Positions 30,060 to 41,675 are shown, numbered from the stretch's first letter. The stretch: 64,000 bases of DNA from an uncultured cyanobacterium (GCA_963766075.1 CAVYAN010000061.1:90598-154597), one strand, 5' to 3'. Numbers and translations: made by a program. The notes: generated by a model from the letters alone, not told the origin.

Positions 30060-33000
30060 ATTGTAAATGCAGCCCAGTAATAGGGATGCGCGAGTTCGTT
30101 ATTGTACCAATGGGCAAAGGCCGGGGGTAACGCCAAGGGTTTTGCCAGGGCAGGAGCCGATAGGAAGCCGTTGGCGATCGCCACTTTGCCGTGAATCATG
30201 GCCAATTGCGCCTGCCGTAGCGCTTCAACTTTCAGCTTTACGGCGGGCTGCCGCAATTGATCGTAAAATTCTGTCATCAACGCTAGGGTGCCTTCATCAC
30301 TCACGTACCACAGGCTGGCCAGAGCAGACTTGACACCTGCTTGGGCAGCCAATCCAGCAAATCCCAGTTCCGCTTGATCATCCCCAAGGGCCGTGCGACA
30401 GGCACTCAGCACCAACAATTCCACCGGGGGGGTGCTCAGGCCCAGTTGGCGGATCTGGTTCAGCATCAACGGCTGATCCCAAAACTGAATGTAGGATTCC
30501 TGGGGAGCACCGGGCTTAAATTCGCCATGGGTGGCGAGGTGCAAAATGCCATAGGGGGTCTGGCTGCGGGTGGCTTGAAGATTTTTAATTGTGAAGTCTG
30601 CGTCGAGCAACGATTGCCCATGGGGAAAGTGCTGCGCAATCACCGCCAGTTCGATGGGCACAGCGGGGAGGGGGGCTTGGGCTTTGAAGTGAGACGCGCC
30701 CATGGCCAGCAAGCGCGTGGTTTTGATATCCACATAGTGGGTATTCACCAAGCTGAGGCTGGGAGCCATACCCAGGCTATATTTTTCTACTAGGAATTGG
30801 TGACCATCGTGGAGGGCGGCCAAGGGGAGCGATCGCAATCCGCCATCCATTAAAAACAGCAGATGATCGATGTGCCGGGTTTCTAGGGACTCTGCTAAGG
30901 GAGCAATCAGCCATTGGTAGAGCTGCTGGGCGGGTTCTAGATAGTCTTGACTGGTGCGATCGGTCACCCCCGACCGAAAGGCTGCCGCCACCTGCATCAC
31001 TTGGGCGCGGGGGGCCGTGTAGATCACCCGTCGAATCGGTTCGCCCTGGGCCGTGACCAGGAGCAATTCCAGGGGATCGGTGTCTTGCTTGACCTTAGCC
31101 CCCCGACCCTCAGGTAAAAAGCTGACGTAGACAAAGGCGGGCTTGCGGCCCGTTTCAGCGGCAATGGTGGCCGCCAGATTGCGCATGTCCGGATACGTGA
31201 GCGCTAGGGATTCCGTCTCTAGGCCCAGATAGTCACCAAACTCCTGGGCAAATTCGGCATCCTGATTTTCGGTTCCCAGATCAATATCCAGGGGGTGATC
31301 GAGATCTGCGGAGAAAATCAGGGATAGGTCATCCGGTGGATCAAGCTCGGGGAGATCTTCCAAGAGGGGGTCTATCGGTAGAGAGGGCATGCCGTCAGCT
31401 ACAGGACCCTCTGATAAATTGTCTAGGGTGGGCCGCAGCGATTCTGGTGATGTTTCTAACCGAATATTGGCTTGGGTGTACTGGTAGGGATAAACGCTGC
31501 CGCTGGCCAGGACATTATTCGTGCCCGTGGTGATTACGCCTTGGGTGCCATTTAGGGGAGGCACGCCAACCCGGAATGGTTCACCCAGGGCCCCGCCATT
31601 GTGTCGAATCGTGATATTGCCGCCCCCCAAGCCGCCGGCGGTGGAAATACTGGCATCAAAGCCGTTGCGATCGCGAAAGGAGGCCGTTGCCTGAAAATAG
31701 CGTCCTGCCGTGATATCGACCGTACCCCCGTAGCCCCGACTGCCCCCCTGGGCATCAATCCAGGCCACGGTGACATCATTGATGGGGTCAAGGGTGATGT
31801 GGCCCGCATCACCAATGGTGGCACTGCTGTTGAGCGTGCCCGTCTCAATCCGGGTGCGGGCGTTGATTAGGATGTCGCCGCCGCCCATGGATCCAGAGGT
31901 GTCTAAATGACCCGTGGTGATGGTGCCCGTAGTACTCGTCAGGGTAATGGGTCCGCCTGTGGTGCCGCTGGCGGTACTGAGGTCTCCGGTGGTGAGATCG
32001 GTGAGGGCGGTGAGGGCGATCGCGCCGCTTGGGCCTCTCGTGCTGCGGGGATCCAGGGTGGCCTGGGCCACATCCAGGGAGGTCGCGCTATTGAATGCGA
32101 TGTTGCCACCCTGGGTGCGAATTTGCGCTGTTCCTAGACTTTGGATTTGACTCGCATTTACCCTGACATCGCCGCCCTGGGTGGTGATCGCCTGGGACAA
32201 GGTGATGGGTGCGGCGGAAGTAATCGAGACGGACTGAAACGGTTGACGCGATCCCACGTCTCCAAGGATTAAATTCCCTAGGCCGAGTTGAAACTGCAAT
32301 GCCGTATTGCCTTCCCCAGCGTCTAGGGGCTGGTCGAACCGAATGGTGCCCAGGCTGGTTTGAAAGGTGATATTGGCACTGGAGAACTGGACTGGGCCGG
32401 TGTAGGTTTGATCCCTCAGGGTGGCCACATTGCCGCCTAGCACGGTGGTCCCTTGCACGGCCAAGTCTTGCAAGCCCTGGACAGACTGGTTAAAGACTGT
32501 GTATCCCGCCTGTACGGTCAGAAGAGGGGGACAGACCACTCCCCTGTACCGGACCGTTCAGGATGATGCCACCATTTTCCGTGGTCAAGTTAATATTGGC
32601 GGGCAGTGGCCCATTTTTACCGACAGCATTTTTACTGACCTCGATCGCTCCCGTATAGGTTTGACTGGTCTGAACGTGAATATTATCTTGAATTTGGATG
32701 GTGTTGGCTGCTGCCGTTAGATGGGTGAGGGGTTGGAGTGCGCCCACCGGACCGGCAAACTGGATGCTGTTCTGCGCGGCGATCGCCAAATCCTGAAAGC
32801 CTTGAAAGGCACTATTCACCGGACCTAGGAATTGAATCGAGCCAGAGGTGCTGGTTAGGGTCGTGACTTCCCCCGTGGCCAGCACCGCATCACCGTAGAT
32901 TTGGTTATTCGTGGTGGTGATAGTGCCGCCCAATTCAGTATTGCCGAGGGGATCAGTCTGAATACTCGTGGCATCCAGCGCGGTCAGCACCGTAGAGCCT

Positions 33001-34067
33001 GGAGTGTTGACCGTCACATGGCCCGCCTGAATTTGGTTGAGATAGACACTGCCGCTCGTTTGAATGGCAATATCCCCGGCGGTAGCAATCCCCTGGGCGA
33101 TCACGTTGCCCGTGGCGACTAGGGTGGTGGCTGCTGCTGCAAATTGTTGGGTGGCCAGATCGCCAGGGCCAACCGTCAGGCCCGATCCCACCAATTGGAC
33201 GTTGCCAAAAGTATCGACGATCGCCCCCGCGGCATTGGTAATTGTGGCCCCCCCGCCCGTGAGTAATTCGGCTAGGGTTTTGGGAATTGTACTGGGCGGA
33301 TTTGTGGGATTGAGGCTGAGGGGTTGAATCTCCAAGCTCAGCAGACTGCCCACGGGGGTAAGGCGGACTAGGGTAGAACCCGATGTAGAGCCAGAGACGG
33401 TGGCGATCGCCACGCCACCATTGGGGGCGAGTAGCGGCCCAGTGGTTAGCACGGTGCCCCCCACCAACGTAATCGTCCCATTGGGAACCAGCAAACTGGC
33501 CGTATTTACGATGCTGCCCACGGGACCGGGGGCAAAGGCAAAGGCATTGGGTGGGCCTTGGAGAGTGGCGTAATTTTGGTTGCCGACGGCACTAAACCAG
33601 TTGGTCCCGATGCCAATGCCATTCGCTGTTGTGGCTGTAAAAGAACCCCCTACGTTGAGGCTGGCGGTGGGACCGAGGAGAATGCCACTGGGATTAATCA
33701 GGTACAAGTTGGCAGGACCGCCCGTCACTTGGAGGGTACCATCAATCCGGGAGACATCGCCCCCGACCACCCGGACCAAAATATTTTGCAGGGTCGGATT
33801 ACTAATGAAATTCGCCACTTGATTGGGAGAAAGCCCAAATTGCTGAAAGCTATGAAAGAGGTTGCTGCCATCGCTGGAAAGGGCACCCCCTAAAACATCA
33901 ACGCCATTGGTCGTGGTGCGGATAACAGTGTTGGTGCTATTCAATTCAGGGCTGATCTGGGCGGTGGCGGGCTGACTGTGCAGGGCGATCGCCACGCTCA
34001 AAATACTTCCTCCCCAGGTGCCCCTTCTCCGAATTGATTTCATGGTAAGCCCCTCAGAAAACTCCAT
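30041..34067 (-). CDS. Filamentous haemagglutinin N-terminal (TPS) domain + CHAT protease, split by one frameshift at ~32526-32530
   Basis: NLFHSFQQFGL..NILVRVVGG..ANLYLINPSG TPS motif, beta-helical repeats, then CHAT with LHLATHGEF, LVLSACRTA and HPYYWAAFTMIGNPW. Removing one base from a G5/C5 run fuses the two ORFs. Confidence 0.85.
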
Positions 34068-34262
34068 TCATCAGGGTGCCCTCCAGCAGCGAGCCTGTAC
34101 CAAGCTGGGCCTGTCCAACTGGGCCTGTAACTGGGTCCAAAGGCCCGCCCTAGAGCATCCGTTAGCGTTCCGCAAATCTGGGCACACTGAGGGCGACCGC
34201 ATGTCCTGGGTGATATTGACTCCCTGGGCGATCGCGGCGGCTTCTACACCCACTTACCCGCC

Positions 34263-35015
34263 ATGAAAAATCGTCAGCCTATTGCCTGTGCTGCCCTTCT
34301 GCTGTCGGCTTCCTTGGCCTGGGGCATCGCTACACCCGGCCTTGCAGCACCCGTATTAAAATTTAAGCCCCCGAGTCGGGGCACCCCGCCGATTACCGGT
34401 GGGGCCGCCAGTCGCAGTGGGGGCGCTTGCATCCTCGGGAAGGAGCCCCTAAGGGCTCTCATGCCCTCTAGCAACTATGGCTTGACCACCGCTGCCGATC
34501 CGGTGCTCTTGGTGTATGTGCCCCAGTCCACCGCCAAAACTGTGGAATTTCAACTGCGCACCGCCGATAACCAAAGTCGTGTGTTTCGGAAATCCTTTCC
34601 CACCCCACCCACGGCAGGAATTGTGCGGCTGAGTGCGGATAGTGGCGTATCTGCCCTACAGCCCAATCAGTCCTATCGTTGGTATGTGTCGCTGGTGTGT
34701 AATGCAGGCGATCGCTCCCTCAACCCCATTGTGGAAGGCTGGGTCGAACGGATCCCCGCCGATGCCGCATTTACCCAAAAACTGACCCAGTCCACCGTCC
34801 AGAGTCGGCCCTTTGTGTATGCTGAAGCGGGGCTGTGGTACGAAGCCGTGGCGAGTCTGGATGCACTGCGGCGATCGCAGCCCAATGCTCCTGGCCCCCG
34901 AACCCAATGGACCAGTTTGCTACAGTCCGTGGGGTTAGATGCCTACGTTACCGCACCCACGGTGGACTGCTGTCAACCTGCCGCCGTCAACCGCCCTACG
35001 GCAACTGCCCAGTAA
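34263..35015 (+). CDS. DUF928 family exported protein
   Basis: Signal peptide, FKPP.RGTP..GGAASR..C, LRALMP, YRWYVSLVC, GWVER, YAEAGLWYEA, WTSLLQSVGL. Confidence 0.92.
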   Translation: MKNRQPIACAALLLSASLAWGIATPGLAAPVLKFKPPSRGTPPITGGAASRSGGACILGKEPLRALMPSSNYGLTTAADPVLLVYVPQSTAKTVEFQLRTADNQSRVFRKSFPTPPTAGIVRLSADSGVSALQPNQSYRWYVSLVCNAGDRSLNPIVEGWVERIPADAAFTQKLTQSTVQSRPFVYAEAGLWYEAVASLDALRRSQPNAPGPRTQWTSLLQSVGLDAYVTAPTVDCCQPAAVNRPTATAQ

Positions 35016-35111
35016 TACGTCCAGTGATAGGCCCAGCAACACGCCCAGTAATAGCAACTGCCCAGCAATAGCTTAGACAGCCCCAATTTTTGGACAGCCG
35101 CACAACGCATC

Positions 35112-37442
35112 ATGCAGAACCAACTGAAACGACTAATTTGGCAGTGGCGCGGGGTCCTGATTGCCACCCCCAGTATTGCCATCCTGGTTATTCTGCTGCG
35201 GCTCACGGGTATTTTGCAAACCCTGGAATGGGCCGTGCTGGACCAGTATGTACGACTGCGTCCCCTGGAACCTCGCGACGATCGCGTCGTGATTGTCGGC
35301 ATTACTGAGGCCGATCTGCAAAAATACGGCTCGCCTTTGCCCGACCATGTTCTAGCCACGCTCCTCCAAACCCTGAAGCAAAAGAATCCTCGCGGCATCG
35401 GCTTAGATCTGTATCGCGACCTGCCGGTGGGTACCGGATATCCCGCTCTGAAAAAAGTTCTGGAATCCACGCCCAATCTGGTTGGCATTGAAAAACTGGG
35501 CGGCTTAGATGCCCAGGGCGCGGTGGCCCCCCAGCCGCTCTTAAAAAAGCTGGGACAAGTTGCCGCCAATGACGTTATTTATGATGCCGATGGCAAACTG
35601 CGGCGGGGCTTACTTTACCTCGATAACCGTCAGCAAGAAACCGTTCCCACCCTGGGCATGGCGATGGCGTTGTTCTATCTCCAGGCAGAAGGAATTGCCC
35701 CCAGCATTACCGTCGAGGGTCAGATTAAACTGGGACAAAAGGTGCTGCCTCCCCCCGTGGAATCCGAGGATGGAGCCTATGTGCGGGCCAATGCTCAGGG
35801 CTATCAGATCATGCTGAACTATCGCGGTCCCCGAGGCAGTTTTCAGACCGTGTCGGTGGAACAGGTGCTGACCGGAAACCTCCCTCTGGAGTTTGGGCGC
35901 GATCGCATTATCCTAATCGGACCTGTGGCGGAAAGTCTGAAGGACTTTTTCTACACGCCTTACAGTGTGCAGTTTCTGCAACTGTTGCAGCCGACTCCCG
36001 GCGTTGAGATCCATGCAACCTTGGCCAGTCAGTTGATGAGCACGGCTTTAGACAATCGCCCCACTTTAAAAACCTGGTCCGAAGTGGAGGAATGGCTCTG
36101 GATTATGGGATGGGCGTTGGTGGGAGCCTTACTGATTTGGCAACAGCGCTATGCGCAGCGAGTCGCCAAATCCTCGCGGGTCAAGGCCCGCCCGCTGGCA
36201 GGATTTGGCCAATCCCTGCGGATTCTGCTGAGTTTGAATCTGGCGGGGGCGGTCTTAGTCGGGAGCACCTATGCTGCGTTTTTGGCGAGTTGGTGGCTGC
36301 CCTTGGTGCCTGCCCTGCTGGCTTTTTCGGGTTCAGCAATCGCCGTGACGGCTTACCTCGCGCAAAATGCCGCTGAAATGCGCAAGACCCTAGGCCGCTA
36401 TCTCACCGATGAAGTCGTGGCAAATCTGCTGGAAACACCCCAGGGGCTGACCTTGGCGGGGGAGCGGCGCACCGTGACTACACTCATTTCGGACATCCGC
36501 GGGTTTACCAGTATTTCCGAGCAGTTCTCCCCTGAACAAGTTGTCACCTTGCTGAATCTCTATCTGGGGGAAATGACCCAGGTGATTCAGCGCTACGGTG
36601 GCACGATTAACGACATTATGGGAGATGGTTTGGTGATTTTCTTTGGGGCACCTCTGTCCCGAGACGATGATGCGCAGCGGGCTGTAGCCTGTGCCGTAGC
36701 GATGCAATTGGCCATGTATCGGGTGAATCTGCAAAGTGAATCCTTGGGACTCCCCCATTTGGAAATGGGGATTGGCATTAATACTGGCGAAGTGGTGGTG
36801 GGCAATATTGGCTCCGAGGAGCATGTGAAGTACACGGCGATCGGCAATCACGTCAATATTGCGGCCCGGATTGAGTCTTTTACGGTGGGGGGGCAGGTTT
36901 TGATTGCGGAATCGACTTTTGAAGCGGTCCGGACCATTGCTCGCGTTGATGGCCAGACCCAGTCCTACATGAAAGGGTTAGCTGTGCCCATTTCCCTATA
37001 CGAGGTCAGTGGAATTGCCGGGAAGTACAAGCTTTTTCTGCCGGAAGATCACGATGCTTTTATTGCCCTGAAGCAGGAGGTGCCCCTGGTCTATGGCCTG
37101 CTGGAGGATAAGCAGGTGGATGATCTGGAGTTCGAGGGGATGTTGGTGCAACTGTCGGCCAAGGGCGCGGAAATTCGGTCGAGTTATCTGCCGCCGGTGC
37201 TGAGCAATGTGAAATTGACATTAATCCTCCACCCAGCGGCAAAGCCTGCTTGGGATGGGCGATCGCTGCCTGAACAGGATTGTGGTCAACCGGAACTCCT
37301 GGGGGATATCTACGCCAAGGTATTGGCGAAGCGCGTACTGGATGACAGCGGATTTTTTGTCCGGTTTACCAGTCTGCCCCCTCGGGCTGCGGAATATTTA
37401 CAGATGACCCGCAGCGATCGCCGCGCCCGTCGCCCAGAGTAA
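35112..37442 (+). CDS. CHASE2-domain class III nucleotide cyclase (Cya2-like architecture)
   Basis: CHASE2 (VVIVGITEAD, IGLDLYRDLP, DADGKLRR, PGVEIHA), 3 TMs, cyclase ISDIRGFT..MGDG..GINTG..GNIGS..VNIAARIES, C-terminal PilZ-like region. Confidence 0.92.
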   Translation: MQNQLKRLIWQWRGVLIATPSIAILVILLRLTGILQTLEWAVLDQYVRLRPLEPRDDRVVIVGITEADLQKYGSPLPDHVLATLLQTLKQKNPRGIGLDLYRDLPVGTGYPALKKVLESTPNLVGIEKLGGLDAQGAVAPQPLLKKLGQVAANDVIYDADGKLRRGLLYLDNRQQETVPTLGMAMALFYLQAEGIAPSITVEGQIKLGQKVLPPPVESEDGAYVRANAQGYQIMLNYRGPRGSFQTVSVEQVLTGNLPLEFGRDRIILIGPVAESLKDFFYTPYSVQFLQLLQPTPGVEIHATLASQLMSTALDNRPTLKTWSEVEEWLWIMGWALVGALLIWQQRYAQRVAKSSRVKARPLAGFGQSLRILLSLNLAGAVLVGSTYAAFLASWWLPLVPALLAFSGSAIAVTAYLAQNAAEMRKTLGRYLTDEVVANLLETPQGLTLAGERRTVTTLISDIRGFTSISEQFSPEQVVTLLNLYLGEMTQVIQRYGGTINDIMGDGLVIFFGAPLSRDDDAQRAVACAVAMQLAMYRVNLQSESLGLPHLEMGIGINTGEVVVGNIGSEEHVKYTAIGNHVNIAARIESFTVGGQVLIAESTFEAVRTIARVDGQTQSYMKGLAVPISLYEVSGIAGKYKLFLPEDHDAFIALKQEVPLVYGLLEDKQVDDLEFEGMLVQLSAKGAEIRSSYLPPVLSNVKLTLILHPAAKPAWDGRSLPEQDCGQPELLGDIYAKVLAKRVLDDSGFFVRFTSLPPRAAEYLQMTRSDRRARRPE

Positions 37443-37507
37443 ACGTAAAAATGCAAAATTAGAAATTTCGCGGATGTATCGCGTTTATTAAGCTCAGCTA
37501 CGCGGCT

Positions 37508-37900
37508 CTAGGCTAAGAATCGATCTAGAGCCGCCTTGAGTTCGTCCAATTCCGCTTCAATGGTGCCTGCTTCGGCAGCTCGGGCCACACATTCGGTGAG
37601 ATGCTCGTCTAAAATCATCCGTCCGGCTCGATTTAATGCACCCCGGACAGCCGCAATCTGCACCAGCACATCCGGACAGGGGCGACCTTCCTGCACCATG
37701 GTTTTAATGCCGCGAATGTGGCCTTCTAATCGGGAGAGCCGATTGACGATGCGCCGCTGGGACTCTTCGCTGTGAACATGTCGGTGCTCCCCTAGGTTAT
37801 GGGCATGCCCATGGCGATCGTTAGAATGCAGTGTGCCCGCAGTCAGATCATCATCGTGCCGATCGGCATCATGAAATAGAGGATGTTCGGAAGTGGTCAT
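37508..37900 (-). CDS. inrS: CsoR/RcnR-family metal-sensing repressor, InrS-like nickel sensor
   Basis: His-rich N-term, HVHSEES..VNRLSRLEGHIRG..RPCPDVLVQIAAVRGAL..ILDEHLTEC. Confidence 0.82.
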   Translation of the reverse strand: MTTSEHPLFHDADRHDDDLTAGTLHSNDRHGHAHNLGEHRHVHSEESQRRIVNRLSRLEGHIRGIKTMVQEGRPCPDVLVQIAAVRGALNRAGRMILDEHLTECVARAAEAGTIEAELDELKAALDRFLA

Positions 37901-38429
37901 TCAGGTTTGAGATGAACGTTTGGGCTTGGCGTCGTCCTTGAAATTCTAGACCAAATTGAGCAGAACGGGATTCACGGCCTGTCGTGGCGGAGGCAAAAAT
38001 CATTAAGGTCTACGATGCTAACTTCTCCTGTGGCAACTTCTCCTGTGGCAACTGTACTGACCTCAACGCCTTGCCTCAGCGCACCGACTCAGCTCAATGC
38101 ACCTACGCGAAGGGGGCTAAGGCAAAGGCCTTTGGAATCCCCGATGCATCCAGGTAAGACAATTGTCCCCACCCGTCCGCGGCCCTGGCCCTGGCCTCAG
38201 GGACGGGGATGGAACTGCCCCGGTAAATATCAAAGTTGAACGCCAGCACATTGCCCGATCCGCAGTACCCGGATGGGTACAGTTGGGCTGGCGGACGGGG
38301 CAGGAACCACCGCTAATTGTGGATAAACCCCGTGCTGAACGGTTATCCGCCCATCTAAGGGTGGGCTAGGGGCAATCGTCACCTGCCAAAATGGTTAAAA
38401 ACAACTCTTGAATTGTGTAGGTTGGTGCC

Positions 38430-39668
38430 ATGCAAGCTCCACAGCGTTTTTTTGCTCTGCGTCAAATTCGGGCTTATTTGCTGACAGCCGTTTTAACTCT
38501 GATGTGGGCTATGACCGGACTGCCCGTATCTGTTAGTCGGGCAGCAACCCTACCGGGGGCGATCGCAGCTCAGTCAGCGAGTCCGGCGATATCCCCTGCG
38601 GCGGTGACCAGTCCAGCCCAGGCGCGCACGCCACAGTTGCCATTGGCCAAAGGGTCCGGCAGCTTTGTCGCGGCAGCGGTGCGGCAGGTGGGGCCAGCGG
38701 TGGTGCGGATTGATACCGAGCGGACGGTGGCGCGGCAGACGGATCCCATGTTGGAGGATCCCTTCTTCCGGCAGTTTTTTGGGGATGAGGGCATGGCACC
38801 CCGTGAGGAGCACCAGCGCGGGCAAGGCTCGGGGTTCATCCTGGACCAGAGTGGTGTGATTTTGACCAATGCCCATGTGGTGGATAAGGCGGATAAGGTA
38901 ACCGTGACGCTAAAGGATGGACGCACCTTTGAGGGTAAGGTGCGCGGGGCGGATCCCGTGACGGATATGGCGGTGGTGAAGATTGAGGGCAAGGATTTGC
39001 CAACGGTGACCCTGGGCGATTCGGATCAGGTGGAAGTGGGGGATTGGGCGATTGCGGTGGGCAATCCCCTGGGTCTTGACAATACTGTGACGCTGGGTAT
39101 TATCAGCACCTTGAAACGCTCCAGTGCGCAGATTGGCATTCCCGATAAGCGACTGGACTTTATCCAAACCGACGCGGCGATTAACCCCGGTAACTCGGGC
39201 GGCCCCCTCGTCAACGAACAGGGCGAGGTGATCGGCATCAATACCGCAATTCGGGCGGATGCGATGGGCATTGGCTTTGCGATCCCGATCAATAAAGCCA
39301 AAGCCATCAAGGATCAATTGGCGAAGGGCGAGGCGATCGCCCATCCCTACCTCGGCGTGCAAATGACAACCCTCACCCCAGACTTAGCGCGGCAGAATAA
39401 CACCGACCCCAACGCGCCCTTTGAAGTCCCGGAAGTCAATGGCGTGATTGTGGTGCGGGTGTTGCCCAATACTCCAGCGGCCAAAGCTGGCATCCGCCGA
39501 GGCGATGTGATCACCCAAATTGACAGTCAGCCGATTACCAATGCGGAACAACTCCAGTCCTTGGTTGAAGCGAGTCGATTGGGACAGACTTTGCAGGTGA
39601 AGGTGCTGCGGGGTGACCTCACAAAGCAATTACAGGTGCGCACGGCCCCCCTCGGGAATGCTGCTTAG
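38430..39668 (+). CDS. hhoA: HtrA/Deg serine protease with one PDZ domain
   Basis: [51 protein letters not shown] and [11 protein letters not shown] resemble HhoA. Confidence 0.85.
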   Translation: MQAPQRFFALRQIRAYLLTAVLTLMWAMTGLPVSVSRAATLPGAIAAQSASPAISPAAVTSPAQARTPQLPLAKGSGSFVAAAVRQVGPAVVRIDTERTVARQTDPMLEDPFFRQFFGDEGMAPREEHQRGQGSGFILDQSGVILTNAHVVDKADKVTVTLKDGRTFEGKVRGADPVTDMAVVKIEGKDLPTVTLGDSDQVEVGDWAIAVGNPLGLDNTVTLGIISTLKRSSAQIGIPDKRLDFIQTDAAINPGNSGGPLVNEQGEVIGINTAIRADAMGIGFAIPINKAKAIKDQLAKGEAIAHPYLGVQMTTLTPDLARQNNTDPNAPFEVPEVNGVIVVRVLPNTPAAKAGIRRGDVITQIDSQPITNAEQLQSLVEASRLGQTLQVKVLRGDLTKQLQVRTAPLGNAA

Positions 39669-39683
39669 CCCCTCTCTGAATTA

Positions 39684-39734
39684 CTGCGGCAGTGGGGGAA
39701 ATTGCCTAGGCGAGCAATTTCCCCACTGCCGCAG
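39684..39734. terminator. Long hairpin between convergent genes
   Basis: CTGCGGCAGTGGGG(G)AAATTGC / GCAATTTCCCCACTGCCGCAG, 21-bp stem with one bulge. Confidence 0.75.
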
Positions 39735-39737
39735 GGG

Positions 39738-40127
39738 CTATTGAGCGGGTGAGCCAAAGCTCTCATGCTCAAGGCTATCTCCCGCCGTCGAGGGATAGCG
39801 CACGACTAAAACGGTCGATGTTGCTTCTGCGGTCCAGGTATGGGGAATCTGTGGTCCCCAAAGCACGTAGTCGCCCGGTTGAGTCAGGCACACCGCTTGA
39901 TCCGGAAAGTGGAGGCGATATTGACCTGAAATCAGGATCACGATCGTCGTCGCGGTGGCGTTGGTTGCCCAGACGGGGCGAGTTGTGCCCGCCTCGTGGA
40001 CGGCCCACTTGAGTTCGACATCGCCGGTGTAGCGAGGATCGGTGGCATCCGGGAAAAAGTGCCCCACGAACCAACCGCGATCGCCCATAGCATTGCCCGC
40101 GTTTCCCGAAACAATTGACTGGGCCAT
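39738..40127 (-). CDS. Cupin-fold protein
   Basis: RGWFVGHF, VELKWAVH, ILISG, PGDYVLWGPQIPHTWTAE..VLVVRYPS cupin-like motifs. Confidence 0.75.
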   Translation of the reverse strand: MAQSIVSGNAGNAMGDRGWFVGHFFPDATDPRYTGDVELKWAVHEAGTTRPVWATNATATTIVILISGQYRLHFPDQAVCLTQPGDYVLWGPQIPHTWTAEATSTVLVVRYPSTAGDSLEHESFGSPAQ

Positions 40128-40147
40128 GGGCTTTATTCCTTGGGCCG

Positions 40148-41035
40148 CTAGGCCACCGCAGGCTGCCGCAGGAATGCCAGCAGTTCTCGATTCACGGTTT
40201 GGGGCGCTTCTTGCTGAATCCAATGCCCACATTCAGGGATCAGTTTTAGACTAAAGGGAGCGTTGATCAATTTGTCTAGGCCCGTCGTGAGCGATCGACT
40301 AATCAATGCGTCATCTGCACCCCACAGAACCAGGGTAGGTGCGGTAATCAGTGTTGGGGGTTTGCCCCAGTGCTGAACCCAGTGCCAGGGATGCAGCATC
40401 TGGCGGTAGTAGTTGAGGGATGCGGCGATCGCCCCTGGTTTAGACAGGGCGCGGTGATAGGCCTGAGTTTCTTCCTTAGAAAACGCACCTTTGCGAATCG
40501 CCTGTCCGGGAAATAGGTTTTGAACAAACTGCCGCAGATTTTGCTGAATCAGCCACTCGGGGATTCCTGGCACTTGCGCTGCAAACACGTACCAACTTTT
40601 CAGCAGGTGATCCAAGTTGCCGCTAAGTTCTTGCAGAAATCGTTGGGGCGGAGCCGCATTCAGGATCGCCAGCCGATTTAAGGATTGGGGAAATTGCTGG
40701 GCCAGATGCCACGCGATCGCCCCGCCCCAGTCGTGTCCCACAATGTGGGCGCGCGTGTAGCCAAAGCTGGCAATGAGTCCCCGAATGTCAGCACTGAGGG
40801 TGTCGAGATCGTAACCGTTAGCGGGTTTATCAGAATCGTTATAGCCGCGCAAGTCCGGCACGACGACTTTGAAATGCTTGGCCAGTGCTGGAATTTGGAA
40901 CCGCCAGGAATACCAGAATTCTGGAAACCCATGGAGAAGAATTACGAGTTCACCTTCGCCTTGAGTCACGCAATGGAGTTTAATGCGGTTGGTTTCAACG
41001 AAGCGATGTTGCCATTCAGTAGAGATAACCGTCAT
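40148..41035 (-). CDS. Alpha/beta hydrolase, epoxide hydrolase-like
   Basis: LLHGFPEFWYSW, PDLRGYN, GHDWGG, WGADD, CGHWIQQE. Confidence 0.93.
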   Translation of the reverse strand: MTVISTEWQHRFVETNRIKLHCVTQGEGELVILLHGFPEFWYSWRFQIPALAKHFKVVVPDLRGYNDSDKPANGYDLDTLSADIRGLIASFGYTRAHIVGHDWGGAIAWHLAQQFPQSLNRLAILNAAPPQRFLQELSGNLDHLLKSWYVFAAQVPGIPEWLIQQNLRQFVQNLFPGQAIRKGAFSKEETQAYHRALSKPGAIAASLNYYRQMLHPWHWVQHWGKPPTLITAPTLVLWGADDALISRSLTTGLDKLINAPFSLKLIPECGHWIQQEAPQTVNRELLAFLRQPAVA

Positions 41036-41195
41036 AGATAGAGTACTCTTCAAACATCAGGGTAAAACCGCAGATGTTCCCTAGCCTATCTCTGCGATCT
41101 GTTATCTCTACTACACTAGCACTTTCAGGTTTAGGTTGCGGAATGTTGCGCCAGTGCTCATGCGCTGGGGAGTCCTATTGGAGGAGGCTCAGGAT

Positions 41196-41675
41196 TTAGG
41201 CGTCGTCGGTGATTGCGGGCGATCGCATGGCCTCTCGGCCCAGCATAAACAGTCCCGCCACCCCGAGGCAGACACAGCCAATGTACTGAAACCAGAATTG
41301 ACGCAATTGCTGGGCTAGGGAAACGTGGGGATGCAGACTGCCCCGAAACAGCAGCAGGAACATCATCGTCAGCGCCCCAAAGCCAATGAACACTAGGCCC
41401 GCTTGAATGCGGGCTGGTTTGAGTTCCGCATCGGTAATTCCATCCAAGTCAATTTCGGCCAGTTGGTCGAGGGTGGTTTCAGCAATGACGGAGGCTGCCC
41501 CCAAATTTTCAGCGATCGCCGCTGGAAGCACTGGCGCGATCGCTGCTACGGTCTTGGTTCGCAGCGATCGCTCCGTATTCCGCAAGATCACTAAGGCTCC
41601 TTGCGGTGGGGGTTCTGCAAAATCAGGCAGAGGAGAAGAAAGAGCGGTGGGTGATCGCTGGGGCTGAAACTCCAT
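41196..41675 (-). CDS. Hypothetical two-TM membrane protein
   Basis: 159-aa ORF with two hydrophobic segments, ending GLFMLGREAMR. Confidence 0.6.
   Translation of the reverse strand: MEFQPQRSPTALSSPLPDFAEPPPQGALVILRNTERSLRTKTVAAIAPVLPAAIAENLGAASVIAETTLDQLAEIDLDGITDAELKPARIQAGLVFIGFGALTMMFLLLFRGSLHPHVSLAQQLRQFWFQYIGCVCLGVAGLFMLGREAMRSPAITDDA

Noticed and set aside
32520..32545. Phase variation of the FHA-CHAT gene
   Set aside because: The homopolymer is only 5 nt and similar indels hit housekeeping genes, so sequencing error is more parsimonious
38015..38239. 74-aa ORF between inrS and hhoA
   Set aside because: No recognisable motif, starts within a tandem duplication, and cannot be supported
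39738..40127. 'Signal peptidase I' label that I recall being given to this family
   Set aside because: No Ser-Lys dyad motifs or TM anchor; the sequence looks like a cupin
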